Sequence record: MK373792.1
Strand: one strand, 5' to 3'
Length of the DNA stretch: 64,000 nt
Source of the DNA: Escherichia phage vB_EcoS_VAH1
The notes under the pieces: model-generated
The model's input: only the letters and a program-made list of their open reading frames with translations
What the model was told of the DNA's origin: nothing
Databases searched by the model: none
Translations under genes and position numbers: made by a program
Shown: piece by piece, positions 56,235 through 64,000 of the stretch
How the letters are laid out: every line of letters starts with the position of its first letter
Numbering within the stretch: the stretch's first letter is position 1

Positions 56235-56939
56235 ATGGCTGGTTCTCGCAGAAAGAAACATATCCATGAAATCCCGGATGAAGTCTTTAAAAAAGTTATA
56301 GAGCATCTGGAGAACGGTGGTACTAAGAAAGCAGCATGTGAAATGCTCGGCGTATCATCCAACCCAACTATGGAAAGGATGATAGAAGAGTGGCAAGACC
56401 GCCAGATCCAAGTTGCCGAGATGAAGAAAAAGAAACGTGGTACACTCATTGAAGGTATTGAGTTGGCCAACGTTATTGAACAGTATCTATCTGGTGATTC
56501 TTTTGAAGAGATTGCCGATCGTAATTACCGCTCTGTAGCAATGGTTAAATCTGTTCTGGAACGCTATGGTGCTCTGCTTCGTTTGAACGATATTGTAGAT
56601 CCATTGAATCCACCAATTATTCCTGATGATGCTGTAGCAGAAGAATTTGAGGTAGGTGAGCTTGTTTGGGTTCCTGGATACCAGTGTATCGGTGAAATCA
56701 AAAAAGCAATGGATAACCCTGTTGGTTGTTACCGTGTATGGCTTCTATCAGAAGGCAAACAACAGAATGTTCATTATATGAATTATGAATTAGCTTCTGT
56801 AAAGCATTTGGAAAAGCTAGGGGTAGACGTAAAATCTCTGGGGTATAAATGGTCCCGGGAAGAAGTTATCACACTGATTAACGAAGCTGTTAAGGCCGCC
56901 TTGAAACTTGATAAAGAAAAAGGAAAACGCCGTGAGTAG
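56235..56939 (+). CDS. early protein with HTH-like N-terminal region
   Basis: KKAACEMLGVSSNPTMERMIEEW helix-turn-helix-like; directly behind P_N25-like promoter. Confidence 0.5.
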   Translation: MAGSRRKKHIHEIPDEVFKKVIEHLENGGTKKAACEMLGVSSNPTMERMIEEWQDRQIQVAEMKKKKRGTLIEGIELANVIEQYLSGDSFEEIADRNYRSVAMVKSVLERYGALLRLNDIVDPLNPPIIPDDAVAEEFEVGELVWVPGYQCIGEIKKAMDNPVGCYRVWLLSEGKQQNVHYMNYELASVKHLEKLGVDVKSLGYKWSREEVITLINEAVKAALKLDKEKGKRRE

Positions 56940-57183
56940 ACTAACTGATTTACTTAAAGATGGGGAAGTAAAAACACTATATCGTAGAAGCTGGGATAAC
57001 GATAATAACGGCTTAGTGTTACTAACTTTAGATGCTGACTCAGATGTAGCTACTCAGCATACCTGGGTAGCCGGTAACTATCCATATAGCGAGGTTGTTT
57101 CATTAACAGTATGCGAAGCTATTGCAGACGATTGGGAGGTTGCCAGCATCGATGATATGCTTGCTGTTGGCCTGGTGGAGTAA
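56908..57183 (+). CDS. hypothetical protein
   Basis: 91-aa ORF. Confidence 0.4.
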   Translation: MIKKKENAVSRLTDLLKDGEVKTLYRRSWDNDNNGLVLLTLDADSDVATQHTWVAGNYPYSEVVSLTVCEAIADDWEVASIDDMLAVGLVE

Positions 57184-57286
57184 CTACTTAAAAATTTCAG
57201 TTGCTTAATCCTACAATTCTTGATATAATATTCTCATAGTTTGAAAGAACTATTCTGTTTAATTCTTAATTAAGGAAATATAAAAT

Positions 57287-57697
57287 ATGACTACTCCAAC
57301 TCAGTGGACTGATGAACTATTCGAAAAAATGTCTTCCGAATACGTTGCTCGTATGGAGCAATTCCCAGAGGATGAACGTCCGAATGTTAGCATGGAAATT
57401 GTTAGCGAAATTGCCCAGGAAAATGGTGTAACTCCGAACGGTTTTCGTATGAAGCTGACTAAAGCAGGTTTGTATATCAAGAAAGCTGCTGGCTCTGCTT
57501 CTAAATCTAGCGCATCTACTGGAGAAAAAGCTTCCGGTGGTTCTCGTACCTCCAAAGCTCAAGCCCATGCCGACCTTCGTTCAGCTTTCTCTGATGCTGG
57601 CTTAGCACCAGATTTTCTGGATGATGCAATTATCGACAAACTGACCGGTAAAGCGGCTGCTCATCTGGCAGAAGCAATCCGAGCTATCACTAAGTAA
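57287..57697 (+). CDS. hypothetical protein
   Basis: 136-aa ORF behind TTGCTT-17-TATAAT promoter at ~57203-57240. Confidence 0.45.
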   Translation: MTTPTQWTDELFEKMSSEYVARMEQFPEDERPNVSMEIVSEIAQENGVTPNGFRMKLTKAGLYIKKAAGSASKSSASTGEKASGGSRTSKAQAHADLRSAFSDAGLAPDFLDDAIIDKLTGKAAAHLAEAIRAITK

Positions 57698-57734
57698 TAT
57701 TTAGATAAATCCACCAACAAAAGGAACTATAGCT

Positions 57735-58031
57735 ATGACTAAAGCTGAAATTATTGCACAGTGCGAAAAATTTGGTGAGTTTTATCTTCATTACGAGAAA
57801 CTTCGTCAGAAAGGAACCACGTACCTTCAGGGTACAATGGAATTTGATCCGGCCCAAGATAAATATCTGGCTGAGCGTATTAAACGTGAACGTATTCGTA
57901 AAGCGAAAGATGATGAAATCCTTGTCTTCTCTCGTACTAATGATAGCTTCCGTTTTATTCCTGTCGAGAAAGTTCGTCGTGTGACTAGCCTCCAATCAGA
58001 GTTAGATCGTGCTTCTCCAGTAGGCCGATAA
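57735..58031 (+). CDS. hypothetical protein
   Basis: 98-aa ORF. Confidence 0.4.
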   Translation: MTKAEIIAQCEKFGEFYLHYEKLRQKGTTYLQGTMEFDPAQDKYLAERIKRERIRKAKDDEILVFSRTNDSFRFIPVEKVRRVTSLQSELDRASPVGR

Positions 58032-58042
58032 GAAAACAATTA

Positions 58043-58066
58043 GCCCCTATATGGGGCTTTTTGTGT
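58043..58066 (+). terminator. rho-independent terminator
   Basis: GCCCC-TATAT-GGGGC hairpin + TTTTTGTG. Confidence 0.6.
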
Positions 58067-58081
58067 ATTTGGGATATGTAA

Positions 58082-58390
58082 ATGAGCGAACAGGTAAATC
58101 AAAACTATGAAGGACACGTTGATGACCAGTCCATCATACTTTGGGAGAAGGAGGGAGAACAAGTAAGATTAACAGTATCTGAATTTCGTGGGAATCTATA
58201 CATGGGTATTCGTTACTGGCTTCTTGATATTAATGATGAATGGTTTCCAACGAAATCTGGCTTCTCTTTTCCTTACACCCTAGAAACAACATCACAGCTT
58301 TTCTATGCGTTTACACAGATTCTTAGCGAATCTGAGGTTTTACATGAAGTACAGAAACGAGCTGAAGAACTCAAAGCCAAGAATGCCTAG
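58082..58390 (+). CDS. hypothetical acidic protein
   Basis: 102-aa ORF. Confidence 0.4.
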   Translation: MSEQVNQNYEGHVDDQSIILWEKEGEQVRLTVSEFRGNLYMGIRYWLLDINDEWFPTKSGFSFPYTLETTSQLFYAFTQILSESEVLHEVQKRAEELKAKNA

Positions 58391-58477
58391 TTCTTGGCTT
58401 TTTCTTTATAAATGTATTTGCTTTCAACTCAGTTTTGTTATATAATATTTATATAAATTAATGAGAGATATAAATAA

Positions 58478-59303
58478 ATGACCAATGTAAAAGAATTTAT
58501 TAAACGCTGTCAAGAAGCATATTATCAAGGTATGTCTTTAATCTCTGATGAGGAATATGATTGCCTAGTAAAACGCTTCCCGTTAGAGGAAGAGATCGGG
58601 CCTAAGGGTGATATTCCACATCTGTATCGTATGTATTCTTTACAGAAAGTTTACTATAACCGTGGAGATAAACCACCATTCAATCCTTTAGGTCAGGTGG
58701 AAACCGATAAGTTAGATGGTTGTGCAATTTCTCTGCTATATATTTAATGGCGAATTTGTTCAAGCACTAACTCGTGGTAATGGTATTCTGGGGAATGATG
58801 TCACAAGCAACGTAAGATTGCTGAACATCCCTAAAAAGATTTCCCAAAAAGTACCTACTCAAATCACTGGTGAAGTTCTAATTACAAAAGAAGTAGAAAA
58901 TAAACGTAACTTTGCCTCTGGTGCTATTAACCTCAAAGATAGTGATGCTTTTGTACAACGTATCGGGGAAGGTGGTTTAATCTTCGTTGCATACGGTATC
59001 CAGTGTTCTGCTGAATCTGTAGGTATTACAGAAGCGTATTTAAAAGATATGCTTTGGCTAGAGAATGAGAACTTCTTAACAGTTGTTATGTGCGTTCCTC
59101 CTTTAAAATGGATTCCGACGGACGGTAAAGTTGTTCGTATTAATGACAACAACAAATTCTTCCGGGAAGGCTGGACTAATAAATTCCCTCGTGGGGCATT
59201 CGCTATTAAAGAGGATGAAGAAGGCGAGATTACAACTCTTACTAAAGTTGAATGGCAGGTAGGGGCTTCTGGTAAAGTTCCAGTTGGTTATTTCGAACCG
59301 TAA
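58478..59303 (+). CDS. lig: NAD-dependent DNA ligase, adenylation part, internally frameshifted (track ORFs 58478..58747 and 58716..59303)
   Basis: KLDG adenylation lysine in first ORF; TRGNGILGNDVTSN and onward in second ORF; junction at CTATATATTTAATGG. Confidence 0.75.
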
Positions 59304-59309
59304 TAATTG

Positions 59310-59453
59310 ATTGATGCCACAATTGTTAAAGCGACTCTTAATAACGTTGATTATATTAACTCTCTCGATCTAGAGATCGGTTGCCAGATTCGAGTGATTC
59401 GTGCTGGTGGTGTAATCCCGTGCATAGTAGAGCGAGTATACGATTATACATAA
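59310..59453 (+). pseudogene. ligase OB-fold remnant, in frame after tandem TAA TAA stops
   Basis: [44 protein letters not shown] matches the LigA OB domain (ATLHN...RAGDVIP) but has no conventional start. Confidence 0.5.
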
Positions 59454-59641
59454 CCCTTTGCTACCCATCTACCGTATCGGAATTATGGTTATTGACATTT
59501 CGCCGCTTAGGTATATATACTATTATCATTCAGTTGAGGGATAGAAAGTTATGGCGAGGGTAAGCAAAGTTAGTTAAAATTGTAGTTGCTAAATGCTTAA
59601 ATACTTGCTATAATATTTATATAAATTGATAAGGAAGAAAT

Positions 59642-60424
59642 TTGATGAAAATCGAAATTCCAACACAATGTCCCTCTTGTGGTTCTAAGCTAGATCTTGT
59701 CAACGGACAATTATTCTGTCGTAATAAGTCCAACTGTCCAGCGCAATCAAGTAAGTTAATTGAGAACTTCTGTACAAAAATGAAGTTAAAGGGCTTTGGC
59801 CCGAAAACTATTGAGAAGCTGGAGCTGACGAAGATTTCAGAACTATTTTACCTAACCGAAGAAGATTTGGTTAGAGCAGTGGGTAGCAAGGTTGCCGCTA
59901 AATTAATTAGCGAATTAAATACTAAAGTTCGCGGAGACATTGACTTTGGTTCAGTTCTCGGTTCTTTAGGAATCCCTCTAATTGGAGAGGTTGCAGCAAA
60001 GAAATTATCCCAAAATTGCACTAGCTTCCACGATGTGAAGGCTGACGGCAAGGCTGGAGAAAACTATAAAGCCTGGCTAAATTCCCCACAAGGCAAGGAT
60101 GTTATCGAATTACCGTGGAAATTCACAACTGGTGTTAAAGGTGCTAAAGCTGAGGTCATCATTACTGATGGTCTAGTAGCCCAACCAAACGGAATAACGG
60201 TATGTATTACCGGATCTTTGCAAGATTTTGCAAATAGAACGGATGCAACAAACTATCTAGAAGGTCTAGGGTATACTGTTAAAAAATCAGTTACCAAAGA
60301 CGTTAAATACCTAATCTGTGAGGATGAATCTAAGCGTTCTTCCTCATCTTATAAGAAAGCCGAAACGAATGGGATAGAAATCCTGTCGATTAAAGAACTA
60401 TTGGAGAAAAATAATAATGTCTAA
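59642..60424 (+). CDS. lig: NAD-dependent DNA ligase, C-terminal part (Zn finger-HhH-BRCT) as a separate ORF
   Basis: CPSCGS...C zinc finger then HhH and BRCT-like regions; own TTGCTA-TATAAT promoter at ~59605-59630. Confidence 0.75.
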   Translation: MMKIEIPTQCPSCGSKLDLVNGQLFCRNKSNCPAQSSKLIENFCTKMKLKGFGPKTIEKLELTKISELFYLTEEDLVRAVGSKVAAKLISELNTKVRGDIDFGSVLGSLGIPLIGEVAAKKLSQNCTSFHDVKADGKAGENYKAWLNSPQGKDVIELPWKFTTGVKGAKAEVIITDGLVAQPNGITVCITGSLQDFANRTDATNYLEGLGYTVKKSVTKDVKYLICEDESKRSSSSYKKAETNGIEILSIKELLEKNNNV

Positions 60425-61184
60425 ACTGAACTGGAACGTAGAAGGTGTAACCGAGTCTCTGAAAGCAAAAGCCACTGCTCTGGGTGTTGCTGTAATCTCT
60501 CAAGAACAAGTAGCTGCTATCGCTGCTGAACTGGCTGCTGAGACTGGCAAAGACGTTACCGCTCGCTCTGTTGGCTCTAAGCTGCGTAAAGAAGGTTTCG
60601 AAGTACAGAAAGCTAACGAAGTACAGAAATCTCCGTGGACTCCTGAGCAGGAAGCTGAACTGGTTGATTTCCTGAACGCTCATGCTGGTCAGTATACCTA
60701 TGCTGAAATCGCTGCTGCTGTAGCTGGTGGTCAGTTCGGTGCTAAACAGGTACAGGGTAAGATCCTGAGTCTGGAAATGACCGCTTCTGTTAAACCAACC
60801 GAAAAAGCTGCTGCTGTTCGTTCCTTCACTCCGGATGAAGAAACTGATTTTGTTAATCAGGTTGTTGCTGGGGCTACTATTGAAGCTATCGCTGCTCACT
60901 TCGGTCGTAATATCAAACAGATCCGTGGTAAAGCTCTGAGTCTGCTTCGTGAAGGTCGTATCGCTGCTATGCCGGTACAGGAAACTTCAAGTGCTAAAAC
61001 TCGTGAAGATCTGCTAGAAGGTCTGGATCTGGTTAACATGACCGTTGCTGAGATCGCTGAGAAAACTGGTAAATCTGAGCGCGGTGTTAAATCTATGCTG
61101 TCTCGTCGTGGTCTGGTTGCTAAGGACTATGATGGTGCCGCTAAGCGTGCTAAACTGGATGCAAAAGCTGCGGCTGCTGAATAA
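60417..61184 (+). CDS. Ala-rich internally repeated protein with strong codon bias, possible abundant DNA-binding protein
   Basis: Internal repeats, high-expression-type codon usage, terminator immediately downstream. Confidence 0.45.
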   Translation: MSKLNWNVEGVTESLKAKATALGVAVISQEQVAAIAAELAAETGKDVTARSVGSKLRKEGFEVQKANEVQKSPWTPEQEAELVDFLNAHAGQYTYAEIAAAVAGGQFGAKQVQGKILSLEMTASVKPTEKAAAVRSFTPDEETDFVNQVVAGATIEAIAAHFGRNIKQIRGKALSLLREGRIAAMPVQETSSAKTREDLLEGLDLVNMTVAEIAEKTGKSERGVKSMLSRRGLVAKDYDGAAKRAKLDAKAAAAE

Positions 61185-61202
61185 TCTGGTAAATTAAACC
61201 TA

Positions 61203-61236
61203 AGGGGAGGGGGCTATGCTCCTTCCCCTTTTTGCA
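61203..61236 (+). terminator. rho-independent terminator
   Basis: GGGGAGGGGG...CCTTCCCCT hairpin + TTTTTG. Confidence 0.6.
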
Positions 61237-62739
61237 TTTAGAAGGCACGAAAGCGTGCAAAGGAGAATGACCTTGTTTAACGTGCAAGCTGTAGTGTTGA
61301 AGATGCTTCTAGCTTCCGAACAGAAGCAAATAGCATTGGAAACATTCTCAAAACTGCATAAAGATCATTTTAATGACGCTTTCTCCTCAATTTACCAAGC
61401 CGTCCAGAATTATTATAAAAAATATAACACAATGCCGTCCATTGACGCACTTATGCTTGAAGCTAATAGGAACGCCCGCCTTTCTCAAGCTCTAGTCGTC
61501 TTAGCTAACACTCAAATTCCAGAAGTGAGCATGGAACAGGCACTTGAAGTCCTAGAGGCCGAATATACACAGGATTTATTCCTGAAGCTTCTAGAAACAG
61601 ACGTGCTTCAAGATTTAACAATGCTGGATCAGGGAGAAATTCTCAACCGAGTTGCCTCCCTTCACTTAAAATTAGAAGAGAAAGTAACGAATACTGGAAA
61701 AGTATTCAACGCAGATAACATGCGTATTTTCCAGAGAGAAGAAGATACCAAACTGAACTTAATCGCTCTTGGTATTTGTAATGAGTTCGACGCTCAAATC
61801 GGTTTAGCTCGCACAGAAACGTTACTGCTTGGTGGTTGGCGTGGTACTGGTAAATCCATTATCTGTTCAAACATACAGGTTCAGCAATATTTGAATGGGG
61901 ATATTGCTCCATACTTCTCAATTGAGATGAAAGAACATGAAGTATTTAGACGTAATCTAGCCATGTTAGCTGGTGTATCAGCATTAGCAATGCGTAATAA
62001 TACTCTAGAAGGTGCAGCTCTGTTGAGATTAGCCAGAACTAGAGCTAGAATGTTTAATGGTGGTGAAGAGCTTTTCGACAACTTCGTTAAACAGTATACA
62101 ATGGCTAAGATGAGTGATTTCTACGATATGGAGAGTAAGCTAATAGAGGGATATGAACTACATACTCCTATGATTATCGTTTATGACCCTGAACTGTCCA
62201 TTACAACAGTTGACGTAGAATTAAATAAATTAGTTGCTAGATATGGTGATAAAGTTACAGTAGCTCTACTTGACTATATTAACCAAACCCGACTTCCAGA
62301 CTCTAAAACCATTGATATGTATGACTGGAAAGAACAGATGGTTGTTAGCTCGTCTTTCAAATCTATCTGCCAGAAACATAACGTGGCTGGTGTAGCTCCT
62401 TACCAGATCGATCAAGATGGTAGAACACGTATGTCAAAGGGTATTCTTGATTCCGCAGATATGGCTGCTAATCTTAATGCTGCAAAAGCTGATAATGGTC
62501 AAGGTGCTATTATGTTTGACTTCGTTAAGACTCGTTCTTCTGATAGCGTGAAGTTTATGCCTAAAATGAACTGGGAAACCTTGCGGATGGATAACACTAC
62601 CAACCTAGCAATGGAAGATATATCTCAAATGGAAGCTGAGTTCATTATCCCTATTGAGAAGGATAAGCCGGCTCAACCTAAACGTGCTAAGAAAGACAAA
62701 ACTGAAAATTCAACAGGTGAACAGGCCAGCGATATATGA
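61216..62739 (+). CDS. DnaB-like replicative helicase (true start probably downstream of the terminator)
   Basis: Walker A GGWRGTGKS, Walker B IIVYDPELS, RecA-like C-domain. Confidence 0.55.
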   Translation: MLLPLFAFRRHESVQRRMTLFNVQAVVLKMLLASEQKQIALETFSKLHKDHFNDAFSSIYQAVQNYYKKYNTMPSIDALMLEANRNARLSQALVVLANTQIPEVSMEQALEVLEAEYTQDLFLKLLETDVLQDLTMLDQGEILNRVASLHLKLEEKVTNTGKVFNADNMRIFQREEDTKLNLIALGICNEFDAQIGLARTETLLLGGWRGTGKSIICSNIQVQQYLNGDIAPYFSIEMKEHEVFRRNLAMLAGVSALAMRNNTLEGAALLRLARTRARMFNGGEELFDNFVKQYTMAKMSDFYDMESKLIEGYELHTPMIIVYDPELSITTVDVELNKLVARYGDKVTVALLDYINQTRLPDSKTIDMYDWKEQMVVSSSFKSICQKHNVAGVAPYQIDQDGRTRMSKGILDSADMAANLNAAKADNGQGAIMFDFVKTRSSDSVKFMPKMNWETLRMDNTTNLAMEDISQMEAEFIIPIEKDKPAQPKRAKKDKTENSTGEQASDI

Positions 62740-63269
62740 TAACACAGGAAAGGCTAAAAGAGTTATTTGATTACTCCCCAGGAACTGGGGAGTTTACTAG
62801 AAAAGTATCTAGAGGTAATCAGAAAGCTGGTAGTATAGCTGGTTCTTTAAGAAAAGATGATTATATATGTATATGGGTAGATGGAAAGCCTTACTATGCG
62901 CATCAACTAGCTTTTCTCTATATGGAAGGTTATTTACCTGAAGAAGTAGACCATATAAACCGTATACGAAGTGATAATCGTTGGGTTAACCTTAAAGATT
63001 CTTCTCACCAAGAGAATAGCAGGAATAAAGCAGCTAAAAGTAAATCAGGGTATATAGGAGTTAGTTGGAATAAACAAAGGCAAAAATGGCAAGTTCAACT
63101 AAGAGATACCAATAAAAAGAAAATATTCGGTGGATATTTTGAGTACCAGAATTTAGAATCAGCCGTAGATAAGATTAATAAGCTACGATTACAATTTCAT
63201 GGGGAAAATGCTATTCAAGAAATATTCGACCCGTCTAATTATCCTGCATTAGAGGAGATAAATTCATGA
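62736..63269 (+). CDS. HNH homing endonuclease (HNH_3/AP2-type)
   Basis: MITQERLKELFDY... paralog of 6316..6852 and 10167..10706. Confidence 0.75.
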   Translation: MITQERLKELFDYSPGTGEFTRKVSRGNQKAGSIAGSLRKDDYICIWVDGKPYYAHQLAFLYMEGYLPEEVDHINRIRSDNRWVNLKDSSHQENSRNKAAKSKSGYIGVSWNKQRQKWQVQLRDTNKKKIFGGYFEYQNLESAVDKINKLRLQFHGENAIQEIFDPSNYPALEEINS

Positions 63270-64000
63270 GTAGAATAACAGAATTACTTGATCTTAAGGG
63301 AATTGAGTATAAAGATACTGGTGGAGATATTTTAATCTGTTGCTTAAATCCAGATCATGATGATAAACACCCAAGTTTGCGTATTGATCCTGAAACCGGG
63401 ATTATGCACTGCTTGAGTTGCGGGTTTGGCAAAGGTATACCTAGTATTTATCATTATTTTAATGAGACTCAATATAGACAATCTCCAAGACTATCCCAAG
63501 TACGTAAAAAGATTTCAGAGATTAGAAATGGATCTACGAATCTTGCAATCCCAGAATCTGCCTGCCTTTTCGAAGGTGATTTCCGAGGTATCAGTTCTAA
63601 GACCTTGAAGAAATATTTTGCTTTCCAACATCAAGAGAACTGGGAAGGCAGAATTGTATTCCCAATCACAGATGCTGTTGGACGCAATATCCTATTTTTG
63701 GGTCGTTCTATAAACAGTTCTGCCCCTCCTAAATACTTAGTAAAACCAAAACAAGTTTCACCACCGATTTTCCCTGTACGATATAATACTCCAGTTCTTG
63801 TTCTAGTTGAAGGTATCTTTGATATGCTGAACCTAGAGGATAATGGTATAGACTATGCTTCTTGCTGCTTTGGTACACATCAGTTTACCTCGGATAACAT
63901 TGCAGATAAGTTCAGTCCGTATATTATTGCTGGTGTTAAAGTTGTTGTTATCTTACTAGATAATGATGCTTCTGGTAATAAAGCCGCACAAGCACTGGCT
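63266..64000 (+). CDS. DnaG-like DNA primase, 5' part (runs off window end; not in ORF track)
   Basis: CHC2 zinc finger CLNPDHDDKHPSLRIDPETGIMHCLSCG and Toprim VLVLVEGIFDM...VVVILLDNDASG; ATG overlaps upstream stop (ATGA). Confidence 0.7.
   Translation, partial: MSRITELLDLKGIEYKDTGGDILICCLNPDHDDKHPSLRIDPETGIMHCLSCGFGKGIPSIYHYFNETQYRQSPRLSQVRKKISEIRNGSTNLAIPESACLFEGDFRGISSKTLKKYFAFQHQENWEGRIVFPITDAVGRNILFLGRSINSSAPPKYLVKPKQVSPPIFPVRYNTPVLVLVEGIFDMLNLEDNGIDYASCCFGTHQFTSDNIADKFSPYIIAGVKVVVILLDNDASGNKAAQALA

Overview
This window reads as the early region of a T5-like siphophage (Demerecviridae-type layout), not a bacterial chromosome. The anchor is a near-copy of the T5 P_N25 early promoter and leader at 56175-56234, plus about 25 further copies of the same promoter/leader cassette in front of genes. 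From 1 to about 45.7 kb almost all genes are on the minus strand; from 46 kb on they are on the plus strand, with a divergent control region at 45.7-46.06 kb. Left to right: a repeat-rich non-coding array (1-820); small early genes with phosphatases, HNH endonucleases, endolysin and membrane proteins; a ClpP-like gene and a dNMP kinase gene, both frameshifted; a dense tRNA cluster (19.8-33.8 kb, about 22 tRNAs plus several non-canonical tRNA-like elements) interleaved with HNH and GIY-YIG/T5orf172-like genes; a plus-strand island at 30.2-33.1 kb (Gly-zipper/Q-rich proteins, convergent SPFH protein) that I consider the best candidate for an undescribed module; then a nucleotide-metabolism block (RNase H, thymidylate synthase, DHFR, NrdB, NrdA, PhoH); then NrdD, a Sir2-like/HAD module, and replication genes (origin-binding helicase-like protein, fragmented NAD-dependent ligase, DnaB-like helicase, DnaG-like primase running off the window). 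All calls are from reading motifs by eye; tRNA coordinates and anticodons are approximate (a few nt) and no database search or folding was run.
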